A stretch of 64,000 nt of DNA from the human T2T-CHM13v2.0 reference genome, Homo sapiens (GCF_009914755.1 NC_060939.1), one strand, 5' to 3'; shown: positions 42,403-57,229, numbered from the stretch's first letter. Made by a program: numbers and translations. The notes: a model not told the origin generated them from the letters alone.

Positions 42403-44118
42403 TGTGTATCTTAGACAGTGATATACAATAAACATAGTTTTTTTTAGTTTCAGATAATCAACAATATATTTCGATTTTAATGAACAGTATCAAGTGCAAA
42501 AAATTCCAACCTTGAAGCCAGGCATACTTAAGTTTGAATCCTGATTCTGCTACCTAAGAGATATGAGAATTTTGTACAAATTGTTTAACTTTATTTCTAA
42601 GGCTTAGTTTCTACATGTATAGAATAGAGATAATGAAACCTACCCTATTAAGTTAAAGTTAGGATTTAATGAAATAGAGAATGTGCCCGTGTAACACATC
42701 TCACACACAGCCTGCAACTGGTAGGTTTCAGGAAATGACAGCACTGATGACCGCCATCAGCTTGTTAGCTTAAGGTCACCTGTGGTTGCAGGGTCACTAG
42801 TGGCCACAGGGCTCATTTACACACACACGCCTTGCCTATTTATGAAGCCTAACCCTTCTGAGGACACTGGGTGTGCTCACTTAACACACAAGTAAAACAC
42901 TGTAGAATTATCGCAAAATTAAAAGACAAGAGAACAGAATTACAGGGTGGAAAAAACTCCTTGATAAATGACCTTGCTCTATCCCATGCAGCAAGAAGGA
43001 CCATTGTTGAACCCATTTCCATTAAATGAAACCAAATCCATTTTGAAAGATTTTCAGTAAAGGTGATTTCCCAAATATCCCTTGGATGCCCAGTTAACAC
43101 TCATAACACAAATGGCTAATCTAAATCCCCTGTATTTTAGTTTAAGCACATTTGATTTTTTTTTCCTTTGTCTTTACAGCTTGGAAAACACAAATTATTA
43201 AACCATTTCTCAGGCTTCTTTTGCTTAGCATCCTAAACCTTTCATCATAAATCCTGTTTTTCTTATTTTTAATCATCTTTCAAGTTCCCTGTATCACCTC
43301 TATAGTTGCAGAAGTTAAAATAGTTCAACAAATCCCACACAAACACACAAAAAAAGCTAAATAAAAGAGAAAATGAGTTAATGATCATTTATTTTTCTAA
43401 TTACATATATATGTTAGTACCATGCTTGGATATTTTCATGACAGCCCCGTGTTAATGACCTAATTTCAAATATGACCCACAGTATATTCTAACCCAACAG
43501 TTTGTTTCTCTTCACCTAAAAAGTAATTCTTAGCTTTTGTATAGAACTTTATAATTTGTAAAATAATTCCACATGATCGTCACAACTACCCCTAGATTAA
43601 AGCAAGGAGGTATTACTTCTAACAGCTGGTATTGTTTGGAGTTTAAAAAAAAAAAAAAAGGTTCTAAGACAACCAAAACCAAAACTAAGATCCCCTGACG
43701 CCCACCAAGTGTTCCTTCTATTCCACTACCTAAACACATATACTACACTTCAGGCACACTACTGAAAAGATGCCTTTCCTACCACAATACTAACACTACA
43801 GCCGTCCCTTTTCATAGTCTCTGAATTCATGTTTCATGTGTTTTATTTTAGAAGAGCTTCTACCCTGATTTTCTTTAAGGACTTTATCAAAAATAACCTT
43901 TTATTATCTTTCCAGATCAAGTAAAGAGAATTTATCAACTTCCAATTAAATATGACATTGATCAGAAGCATTTATTTGCTCTCCTTCCCAAAACCCACCT
44001 AAAATTATCTTAATTTTTTTAAGGAGAGGTATGAGTCTAATAGATAATCATACAAAGAAGAGACAATAGCAATTGAGACGGATACACTAGATGCTATTAG
44101 AACGTGGTACCCAGATGA

Positions 44119-44595
<477 letters not shown>

Positions 44596-45571
44596 AGAAT
44601 GTAGTACCCAGATGATTTGATGATGCAGCCAGTTGTCTAACTGAAGAGTAACTGGAATATAAGTCATTTGATAACCAGAAGAGTATCTGGAATACAAGTT
44701 AAACTCAGAAAAGATTCACTAACGTTCTCTCATTAAGCCATGTCCAGTATAACTAGTTTAAATTATCTAATAATAAACATTTAAAAATAAACAGTCCTTC
44801 ATGTGAACTTGAAAGTACAGTCTCTGCTAGCGATCCTATGGCTCGGCTCTGGGGGCCTGGGACCGGAAAGATAACCACAGCAGCCAAAAATGGTGATAGT
44901 GAAAACAATGGCTGCTCTGGGGACCGAAACCTACCACCATCAAATCAAGTATCATTTTGATGACTTTAATTTGCCGTAAGACGAATTTTTAAAAGGAACA
45001 GACTAAATTGGATGAAAGCTGGATACCTCTGGAAATAACAAAATTCAACAGGTTAAATTACCTAACAACAGATTTTAATATAATAGAAGCACTGAACAAA
45101 TCAAAGGCAGAACTAATGAAAATACAGATAAAACTAAAATCAGAAGATTTTTCCAAACAAACCTCCCTCTGATTAGTACAAAATGTCCCCCTGGCAACTG
45201 ATGAGTAGAAAAAAATGATGTAAAACCAGATCCATTCATATGAAAGGCTTCCCAATGGATGCAACTCCTGATGACATAATTATTTTATGTCTAATCTTTT
45301 AAAGATTAGAAGATAAAGGACAAGCACTAAATATTCAAATGAGAAAAACATTACACAAAGCATTTAAGCAATCAACACGTGCAGTGTTTGACGGTATTAA
45401 ATCCAATAAAAAGTTTATAGAGACCCTGGCCCTGAACCCTGGTATAAAAATACAGACCTTCTAACACTTTTCAAGGAGGATTATTTTGCAAAACAAGAAT
45501 GAAGCAAAACAAAGTATAAACTAAATTCAGAGCTAAGCAAGAGCAAGAAGAAAAATGGAAGTGCTGCAAAA

Positions 45572-45711
45572 GATAAATGCTTGAGAGGATGGATACCCAA
45601 TTTTCCATGATGTGATTATTATGCATGGCATACCTGTACCAAAATATCTCATATACCCAGTAAATATATATATCTACTACGGACCCACAAAAATAAACTT
45701 TAAAAAAAAAA
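45572..45711 (+). mobile_element. Short L1MA 3' end
   Basis: ataaatgcttgagaggatggatacccaattttccatgatgtgattatt...acccacaaaaat; TSD-like gaagtgctg on both sides. Confidence 0.8.
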
Positions 45712-46297
45712 ACAGAAGTGCTGAGGATGCTCAAATGAAATGTCTAGATTGAATGTTTGCTGAAATTTTGGGATGACTTAGATAATGTGACCTGTAGAAA
45801 GCACCCACATATCCTTTTCTCAAATCATGGGGAAATAAAATGGATACACTTTATCAGTAGAGCAAAAGAGAGATTAATTCTATGTAAGAAAAAAGCTAAA
45901 GAAACACTAAATAAAGCAGAAGCAGCCAGCAATTGTAACCTATGACTAAGAAACAAGGAAGAGATGTGGAAATTACTAGACAGAAAGGTAGAAAAAGAAA
46001 CACTGAAAAAAACTCATGCAAAATCACCAAGAATCTCTAAACAAATGAGAATCAAAAGGTCATAGATTTAAAGGAAAAAGAAAGGGAAATAAAGCTGCCT
46101 AGGCTGGATCTGCTAAAGGAAATGCACAACTTCAGGGCAGGAAAATGATAGTTCAGGATGATGAAAATGATGCAGCTGGACCAGCAAAAACAAAGAATTG
46201 CTTCAAAACAACAGAAAACACAAAATGGCGCTGGAGACTAGCAGTTTAGCACACAAATTCTGCTCTTATCTTTTGAAGGTTTTTAAAAAGAAAATCA

Positions 46298-46595
<298 letters not shown>

Positions 46596-48246
46596 AAAGA
46601 AAATCAAATTAGGCCCAATATTCAATATTCAGCTACAAGGAAAAGTTTTTTTGTTATCGGAGTTTTCCTTGTTTTTATTTTTTTGGTTATCCAATTGAAA
46701 ATTTTTTTAGCCCTGTCAGCCAGAACAAATTTTTTAATTTATAGTTCTGTTTGTGTTATTTCAGATGTTTTAAATATCAAAGGGAAGAATCTTCTTCTAC
46801 TATATTGCCTTTGTAATATGAGACTATATTGGCACAAACTATATACCATACAAGAAGAGGGAAAAAATGAGCTGAATCAATGAGGACAAATAAAACTGTC
46901 TTGTTGCCTCATGGAAAGAAAAGGTTCGAGGTTTAATTTAAAAGTACAGGCTGCTAGAGTAATATCCTTTCTTTTCCCTTCAGTCTAATTGTTGGCACAA
47001 GGAACAGAGGAGGGAAGAAATTCCAATGTCATTACAATTAAAATTTCCTACCCAAAATAGCTTTTCATAAAATTAAATTGAAGAAAATATATAATAGTTT
47101 TAAGCAAAAATATGCACAGACAACAACTATACTGACCAAACTGCAGTCTGGTTATTTCGTTTTTATTTGTATCTCTAAAAATAGTGTTTACAGACTTGCA
47201 CATAATATTTTCCCCACGTTTTCTTCAATATTGATCCAGTGCATTCTGCTCACACTGTTAAACATTTTTCTAACTCTGGCTATCTGTGACATCTTGAAAG
47301 GAACAGACAATGCATATTGCATGAATTCAATGATTTGACTTTTGGGGAAAAAAAATGAAGGGCAGAAGAAATTTCTCATAGATCTTACTTTTTACGTTTG
47401 AAGGTAAGAGTGGGGTGCCATTTTCAAAGCTCTTGAAACGTAACTTAGAACTGCCAAGAATACTGTTCAAAAAGAAAAGCCAAAGGCATGATTATCTCTT
47501 TCAGAGACTAACAGAAAGAGTTCTACAAAGACACCTAAAGACTCACAATCTTACCAGAAAAAGTATGACTTTGAACAACCGTCCCCTTTCCCATATCCAC
47601 CACTAATAAAAATGAGAGTGTCACTGTCAGTGGTCAGAAACAAACAGAGCAGGCAATGCCCGTGTGGCACAAGTGGAAGGAGGCAGGCTGGAAAGGGCTG
47701 CCTCTCCAAAAATGGTTCCCACCTCTATGGTGGTAACAGAAATTTTACCATTAGAAATCCACTTTTAAAGAGTTTTATTCCTTTTATAAAGAGATCTGTA
47801 AAATAAAAAATTGATAATACATATGAGCTTATAGAATAATTATTAAACCAACATAAATAACAATCATCCAGGCCAGGAAATAGAATACTGCCAACACCAC
47901 ACCTGCTACCGGGCCCTCCTCAATCATTACACCTCATCTCCCCACTAGAGGTGACCGCAATCATGATATCTGGAATAATCATTTCCTTGATTGTCACTTT
48001 AGTATTTAAATATACATCCTTAAAAAATAGGGTTTTTTTTCCTGTGTTTGAACTTTATATAATAGAATCATACTAACGAATTCTGTGGGCATGTTTCTTT
48101 TACTTCATGCTATGTTGAAAAGATTCATCCACTTATTTAAGTATTCATTCCACTATTAATGAATATTTGCGTTGCTTCCATCTGAGGCTCTTCTGAACAT
48201 ACAGCTGTGAACATTTGGGCACACACGTGCTGGAGTTTCTCTAGAA

Positions 48247-48770
48247 CAGGGGGTCCCCCACCCCCAGACCATGGATCAGTACCGGTCTGTGGCTTGTTAG
48301 GAACCGGGCTGCATAGCAGGAGGTGAGTGGTGGGCAAGTGAGCAGATTCTTCTCTATTTACAGCCACTCCCTACTGCTTGCATTAGTGCCTGAGCGCCAC
48401 CTCCTGTCAGATCAGCAGCAGCATTCGATTCTCATAGGAGCCAAACCCTATTGTGAACTGCACATGCAAGGGATCCAGGTTGCACGCTCCTTATGAGAAT
48501 CTAAGGCCTGATGATCTGTCAGTCTCCCATCATTCCCAGATGGGACCATCCAGTTGCAAGAAAACAAGCTTAGGACTCCCATTGAGTCTACATTATGGTG
48601 AGTTGTATAATTATTTCACTACATATCACAATGTAATAATAATAGAAATAAAGCACATAATAAATGTAACACGCTTGAATCATCCTGAAACCGTCATCCT
48701 CACCCTGGTCTGTGGAAAAATTGTCTTCCACAAAACCGGTCCCTGGTGCCAAAAAGGTTGGGGACCTCTG
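48247..48770 (+). mobile_element. MER1A (hAT-Charlie), full length, inserted in an old antisense L1M
   Basis: Terminal inverted repeats caggggtcccc...ggggacctctg; 8-bp TSD ctctagaa (48239-48246) and ctctagag (48771-48778). Confidence 0.92.
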
Positions 48771-49093
48771 CTCTAGAGTATCCTTTAAGGGTGAAAGTGC
48801 TAGATCTTCAGTTTTATCAGAAAATGGCAAACTATCTTCCAAAGTGAGCATCGACATATACATACAGTGTGTGTGAAATAGAAATTCACTTTTTAATTAC
48901 AAGTCTTCAAAAATTCACTGTTACAATGGAAATCTACTTAGAGAATATATGTTAAGCTATATTCTCTACTCTTGAAGTTCTATATTCTCTACTCTTAGAT
49001 AAAGGTGTACTCTTAGATAAAGGTCTATCTTCCAAATAACATTTGAGAACTGGACCAGAGGTCCAGCTAATTTGGGAAGAAAAAAATAACATA

Positions 49094-49730
<637 letters not shown>

Positions 49731-49933
49731 AACTTTTGAGTCCTTAAGTCCTCAAAAGCAATTGCAACAAAACCAAAAATTGACAGGTGGGACCTAATTA
49801 AACTAAAGAGTTTCTGCTCAGACATTTTTCGAAGTTACTGAAATGACTAAATGAATCAGATGCTTCAGACCACACCAAACTGCAGGTCATAAGCCATTAG
49901 TGGGACATTATATCATTTGGGTTTTTAAAATGC

Positions 49934-51240
49934 TGCTGCAGCTCCCAGCGTGATCAATGCAGAAGACAGTGATTTCTGCATTTCCAACTGAGGTACCTGG
50001 TTCATCTCATTCGGACTGGTTGGACAGTGGGTGCAGGCCACGGAGGGCGAGCTGAAGCGGGGCGGGGCGCTGCCTCACCCTGGAAGCGCAAGGGGTCAGG
50101 GGATTTCCCTTTCCTAGCCAAGGGAAGCCATGACAGACTGTACCTGGAAAATCTGGACACTTCCGCCCAAATACTGCGCTTTTCCAACAGTCTTAGCAAA
50201 TGGCACACCAGGAGATTATATCTCACACATGGCTAGGTGGGTCCCACACCCACACAGCCTTGCTCACTGCTAGCGCAGCAGTCTGAGATAGACCTGTGAG
50301 GCAGCAGCCTGGCAGGGGGAGGGGCGTCTGCCATTGCTGAGACTCGAGTAGGTAAACATTGTGGCTGGGGAAGCTTGAAGTGGACAGAGCCCACTGCAGC
50401 TTAGCAAGGCCTGCTGCCTCTGTAGACCCCACCCCTGGGGGCAGGGCATAGCTGGACAAACGGCAGCAGAAACTTCTGCAGACTTAAACGTCCCTGTCTG
50501 ACAGCTCTGAAGAGAGGTGTGGTTCTCCCAGCACAGTGTTTGAGTTCTGAGAACCGACAGACTGCCTCCTCAAGTGGGTCCCTGAACCCCATGTAGCCTA
50601 ACTGGGAGACAACTCCCAGTAGGGGCCGACTGACACCTCATACAGGCGGGTGCCCCTCTGGGACGAAGCTTCCAGAGGAAGGATCAGGCAGCAACATTTG
50701 CTGTCCTGCAATATTTGCTGTTCTGCAGCCTCCGCTGGTGATACCCAGGCAAACAGGGCCTGGAGTGGACCTCCCACAAACTCCAACAGACCTGCAGCTG
50801 AGGGACCTGACTGTTAGAAGGAAAACTAACAAACAGAAAGGAATAGCATCAACATCAACAAAAAGGACATCCACACCAAAACCCCATCTGTAGGTCACCA
50901 GCATCAAAGACCAAAGGTAGATAAAACCACAAAGATGGGGAGAAACCAGAGCAGAAAAGCTGAAAATTCTAAAAACCAGAGCGCCTCTTGTCCTCCAAAG
51001 GAACGCAGCTCCTCGCTAGCAAGAGAACAAAGCTGGATGGAGAATGACTTTGATGAGCTGACAGAAGTAGGCTTCGGAAGGCTGGTAATAACAAACTTCT
51101 CCCAGCTAAAGGAGGCTGTTCGAACCCATCGCAAGGAAGCTAAAAAGCTTGAAAAAAGATTAGATGAATGGCTAACTAGAATAAACAGCGTAGAGAAGAC
51201 CTTAAATTACCCGATGGGGCTGAAAACCATGGCACAAGAA
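49934..51240 (+). mobile_element. L1PA (about PA7/PA8-like) 5' UTR plus the first ~100 codons of ORF1; rest of the element absent
   Basis: cagctcccagcgtgatcaatgcagaagac...tttccaactgaggtacc is the L1 5' UTR. ORF 50935-51255 (MGRNQSRKAENSKNQSASCPPKERSSS...WLTRINSVEKTLN) is the ORF1p N-terminus, with homology ending at 51240. Confidence 0.95.
50002..50334 (-). pseudogene. L1 ORF0 homolog with one premature stop
   Basis: ATG at 50334: MADAPPPARLLPHRSISDCCASSEQGCVGVGPT, TAG at 50235-50233, then in-frame PCVRYNLLVCHLLRLLEKRSIWAEVSRFSR, resembling primate L1 ORF0 (MAGAPPPASLPPCSLISDCCASN...). Confidence 0.8.
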
Positions 51241-51269
51241 TGTAGCAAACAATAAAATGTAACATTCTT

Positions 51270-51660
51270 CAGGAAAAAAAGCAAAATTAGAACTTCTAGA
51301 AAATATAGGAGAACATCTTTAACCTTGGGAGAAAGATGGATTTCTAAAGGCATAAAACAGCATAAACAGTAGGATAGAAAATTGATAAATTCAACTAAAA
51401 TTTAAAACAATGCACTGAAAGACACACTATAGAAGTGAATCTCATATCAGGAGATACCTGCAAACACAAATATCAAAAGATAAGTATCAAGACTACATTT
51501 TTTTTAACCCACAAATCAATAAGAAACAAAATAGCCAAATGGTCAAAGAATGTGAGCAGCAGTTCACAAAGAAAGCAAGCACCACAAATACAAAGATGTT
51601 CAACCTCAGTAATAACTAAGGAAATGTAAACTAAAAACTCCAAAGACGAGGTCTCCACAC
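51270..51660 (+). mobile_element. Old L1M ORF2 fragment
   Basis: aacttctagaaaatataggagaacatcttt...aaattgataaattcaact...aagatgttcaacctca. Confidence 0.65.
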
Positions 51661-51749
51661 CAACTCACAGCCAGGCACACCCGTATTTTTATATAAGACT
51701 ATATCATTACCGTCATCCGCAACCCCCTGCCCCACCAAATCTCAACGTC

Positions 51750-54570
51750 AAACATTCTAATCTACAGCCACCACTTCCCACCTCTCCAACTCACACTTTC
51801 TCAAGAAGGTCAATAATCCTTCTGCCCTGAAAAAATCTGTAGTCCTGTGATCCCAATATCTTTTTACTGCCCCTCATCTTCTCTCATATCTTCACTTATT
51901 TCCTTATCCCACTTAAATTCATTTCAATCATTCTAATCATCTCCTTTTCCCTCTCTCATTTCATTGCATTTGCTCTGCTAAACTGTAATCATGATTAAGT
52001 CCTACCCTTCCGTCCGGTCTTTCTGGGCCTGCACCCATACAGCACAATATGAGTCAGGGAAAAGTATACCTGTTCTCACCTTAAATTTATGAATACCAAC
52101 TTCATGTGGGCCCCTATTGTCACCCAACATCTATACCACATTTTCCTACTTGGAAAATAGGAAACTATACTTTCCCACTTCCTTGACAACTATTTCTTAC
52201 CTTCTGCTCTCTCCTTCCACTTCCAGTACCTCCTCCACAACACTTATCCATGGTTTTCTTAGACCACTTCCTCAAGCCTCCATGACATCTACCCATCTAC
52301 CCATATCTATGCCCATATATTCTGCCTTTCCTCCAATTACAGTTGGAAAACTGCCTAAGCCCCAGCAATGGGCCATCCCTCCACCTGCACAATAGATCCT
52401 ATCAAGCTCATATCTACTAAAGAACACAGATCCAGGAATTCTCACCCCTCCCCTTATGATTTTTGTCCCCTTTTCTGGATCTATCAACAAGTAAACATGT
52501 AGTTATTTCTCCCACCTTTAAAAAAATGTCTTAACTGGCCAAGCATAGTGGCTGACATCAGTAATCCCAGGACTTTGGGAAGCCAAGGCAGGATTGTTTG
52601 AGCCCAGGAATTCGAGACCAGCCTAAGCAACATAAGAAGACCCTGTCACTACAAAAGAAATGCCAAAAAAAGAAAAAATTAAAAAGTCTTGACTCACTTC
52701 TCCCACCAGCCCATTATTCTCCTTTCCTTTATAACAAAACTCCTTAAAATTAAGTCATTTATACCTGCTGTCTCAAACATCTCTTCCCACATTCTTTTTA
52801 AATTCAAGAAAAAATTTATGCCACCACTCCAACAAAACTGCACTTGTGAAGATCACCAATAACCTTCCTGTTAAATTTAACAGTCAATTCTTCATTGTCA
52901 TCAACTGCATTTGATACAGATCTCTCCTCCTGCTTCAAAACACTTAAAGACACTACACTCTCTGGTTCTTTCTTCTACCACTCATGCTCAGTCTCCTTTG
53001 CTGGTCTCTTCTCTTTCCCCTAAACTCTAGACACTGTGGTGCCTGGGAATCAGTACTTCTCTAGGTAATAACTCCCCTTGTCATCTCATACATTCTCACG
53101 ACTTTAAATATCATCTATAGGCTGGCATCACCCAAATGTATTATTGCCAACCCAGGCCTGGATCCTGAACCCCACATTCCTCTATCCAGCAGCCTGCTCC
53201 ATGTCGCCTATTAGATGTTGTGCTGGGTCTCTTCCATGTGCCAATGCAGATTTATCCTCCGCCCTTCTCCAACCTGTTCTACCCTAGAAGGTTGACCAAT
53301 ATGGATTACAACTTCCCTTGTCTTCTGGCTTCCAGTAGGTTAGACTTATGGAAGCCTTGGCAGAGGGAGGAAGAGAATGTTTATTCCTCTGACTCTCTCA
53401 GAGTGGGGTCATCTTCACTGGCTGAGTCCCCTCACCGAAGGTGATTCATTCTCCCAAGGCCAACTCTCTATGACTCCCTTCAAATTTCCAGTAACTAGGG
53501 TGGTAACATCTCTGCCGCTACTTGCCCTCTCAACACAGCACTACCTCAGTGCTTTCATTAGACTCTACACATACCTTTGTAAATGATTCCTTTGTCAAAG
53601 TGTTCAATTATATTGAGTGTGCCAGCCATTTATTAAGGAATTCTGACTGCAACAGGTATCAAAGTGACATCTCACTTTTAATACATGCAACACTGGTACC
53701 TCCTATAACTTACACACCTCAGTTAAGGGCAACTCCCTTCTTCTCACTGTTCAGACCCAAAACCTAGTGTCATCCTTACGTATCTTTTTCTCTCATACCC
53801 AGCATTTGCAAGTGCTCTCTGCTCTTCTCTCTACGTAGATCTAACCCAACCACTTTTCACCACCTCCACTGCTCTCCTCTGGACCCAGCAACCACCACCG
53901 CTGCTTACCTGGATTATTATTAGTGGCTTCCTAACTAGTCTACCTGCTACTAGTAGTAGCAGTGGCTTCCTAACTAGTCTACCCGCTCCCCTCTTGCCAG
54001 TCTTCAGTTCCTTCCAACACAGCAGAGTGATCCTGTTAACACAGGAGTGTTATATCACTCTTCTCTTCAAACCCTCCGCTGGTTTTTCATCTCACTCAGA
54101 ATAAAAGAAAACATCTTTAAAATGGTCTACAATACTACGCGATCTGGCTGGATAATGCCTTTCTGACCCCATCGCATATTCGCTCACGTTGCTTCTGCCA
54201 CACTGGCCTTCCTTGCGATTCCCTATCCTCCTATCTCAAAGCCTTTGAGCTTGCTATTCCCTTTGCCTGGGACACTTTTCCCATAGATATCCTCACTTGC
54301 TCCCTCACCCTCCTCAGATCTTTGCTCAAATGTTATATTCTCAGTAAGACCCCTGGCTACTTCTAAAACTGGTTAACAGCCCTTCCTCATTTTATTTCTA
54401 TTCTAAGCAATTATAGCATTTAACATTTTATATACTCTTCTTGTTTGTCTCTACCCTCTAGAAAGTCAACTCTGTGAGACAGGTGTCTATATCTGTTCTG
54501 TTCACCACTCTATGTCCAGCCTCTAAGCCAATAGCTGGAACAATGGGTACTTAAATATCTGTTGAATTAA
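51750..54570. mobile_element. Long decayed L2, interrupted by a FLAM and an LTR-like segment (~53220-53650)
   Basis: Pyrimidine-rich L2-like motifs: caccaataaccttcctg, gactttaaatatcatcta, cttacctggattatt...cctaactagtct, gctattccctttgcctgg, terminal aaatatctgttgaat. Confidence 0.65.
52537..52685 (+). mobile_element. FLAM-type Alu monomer
   Basis: ggccaagcatagtggct...gagcccaggaattcgagaccagcc...actacaaaa. Confidence 0.85.
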
Positions 54571-55210
54571 CTACACTAGATAACATTCAATCAACTGGTC
54601 ACAATTTAAAAGTCCAACAGTACTAGCTATTTGCAGAGATGACGAACACCAGGAACTCTCTCATCTTTACCGTGGAAAGCAATTTGGCAATATCTAGAAA
54701 AGTTTATGATTGCACACCTAAGGAACCAACAATATTTTTTCTCAGTTGTCTATTTATTTATACAAACAAGGATAGTACACTAGAAAGCAGAATTGTTTCA
54801 AGGAGTATGGTCAGCTTACCTAGAAAACACTGCATACTCTAGAATTTTTATTATCAGAGAATGAAGTTGACCTCTCGAAAGTAAACCAATATAGCACCAA
54901 AACACTGAGTATGAAGAAAGCATGGAAGCTCTTCTCAGTCTTATGCTATCCTGAGAAGAAACTGATAAATCAGCAACAGAGTGGGAAAGAAATGTAAGCA
55001 CATATCAAAAGACAAGACAGCTGCAATTACCAAAAAAACCAAAACCAATCACAGATAAACAAGCCACTTCAGAAGAAATCAGTAAGCAAAGAGACTACAA
55101 GAAAAATACATGAGAGACTCAATCCATGCCAGGTTTTTAATTATATATAAAATGCTAAAATAAATAACCAAAATCATAAACCAGAGGACAGGCCTGCTAG
55201 GTTGGACTAG

Positions 55211-55548
<338 letters not shown>

Positions 55549-56189
55549 TGAAGTATCTTTTTTTTGACAGATACTAGTAACTGACTACACAACTGATTGA
55601 ATTAAATCTACTTTAGTCCACAAGTTAATTTCATTGTATTACTTCAATTTTCTCCCCCTAGATCTTCTGGCAGAACAGCTGTTGAGAATTAAAACTAACC
55701 AGCTCATATTTTACCTTCATTCCCCTTCTCCCACCTTGAAGAAAAGTGCTTATAAACCCATAATTGGCCAAAATATAGGTACCAAGAGGGAAGCACTCAT
55801 TTTACAGGAAAAATTATTTAGTGTTACCAGTTCTTGAACAGTCAATGAGTTGAGAGCAATCCACAAACCTAAAGAAGTTATGCTATTTGAATCATCTACG
55901 GTAATGACAAGCTGAATCCTGTGCTCCTGACTCACAATTTTATGATCTACTTCTTTCCTGCTCGGAAAAGCACATTCTATTAAGTTAGAAGAGAATGCAT
56001 CACTTTATTGTTCTTAGTCTGGTGCCAGCATTCAAAAATACAGGCAGATAAAGAAGAAAGGTAGAACTAAACAGCAACATCAAAGTCATGAGGAAGAAAA
56101 AATTCAAAGCAGTCCCAAAGTATTATTTTTGTTTTACTTCCCTGCTTCTCACATCTGCATCCTTTATATCTTTTTAACCTGGCAATAAT

Positions 56190-56570
56190 TATTTAGCGAC
56201 GTAATTGCAGATTCACACACAGTTATAAAGAAATAATACAGAAAGATCTCTTGTACACATTGCCCAGTTTACCCCAATGATAACATTTTGCAAAACCATA
56301 ATATAATATCACAACCAGAAGACTGACACTGAAACTGATACAATCTGCCAATCTTATTCAAATTTATTCATACTCATTTGTGCACACGTGTGTATATTAA
56401 GTTCTACACAATTTTATCACCTGCGTAGGTTCGTGTATCTGCCACCGCAGTCAAGATACTAATCAGTGTCAGCATCCCAGGGATCTGTCACGCTGCCCCT
56501 TTATAAGCACATCCGCCTCCCACCCTCCCATCCCCAACACCTGGAAATCACTAATCTATCTTCCAGTTAT
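56190..56570 (-). mobile_element. L1MC-type 3' fragment
   Basis: aagaaataatacagaaagatc...cccagtttaccccaatgataacattttgcaaaac...caccgcagtcaagatact. Confidence 0.7.
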
Positions 56571-57229
56571 TCTTTAAACTCTTACGCCACACCTCAGTAG
56601 GGACCCTGCAGCCATCTGTACACCCAGCACTCCTCCATTCTTCCCTGTTACTGCTCTCCAGCATCACATCACTCAAGGTGCAATCAATCTTAGATTACAG
56701 CTGATCACGGAAAGGCTGGGTTTTTCACTTTATTGACAGAGAAGACTATCCAAAAGCAAAAACAAAAACTTGGTGTTCAAGTGCATATAGCTCCAATATG
56801 TGCATATCCACTACTATGTATATACCTGGCTACTTAAAAAAAGGAAAAAAAAGAGAACATATATTCTAGAAACTTTATAATGCTTCCTACAAATATAAGG
56901 AATGTTTCCTCCAATATCAAAGAAAACATTTATGTTTCTCAGACTATCAAATTTACAGCAGCATGGCTCAGCTTTTTCCACTTATAGAAAGCCTTTTATC
57001 TATCGCAAAGACTTTAGTCATTCTACATCGGTACATGGAAACCCTTACTTCCACTTAAACTCATTTTTTTCCCTTACAAGCCATTAGAAACACTGTCCTT
57101 TACTTGAATTAAAAATCCAAAGAACAAAGGATAAATTGCTAGTTATAAAAGTAGAATTTAAAAACATATATAAAATGTCTGTGCAACTTTCAGAGCACTA
57201 AACAGTATGCATGCAACTGGAATTCATAC

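Noticed and set aside
50935-51255. 106-aa ORF
   Set aside because: L1 ORF1p N-terminus that runs off the truncation point; it lacks the RRM and C-terminal domains.
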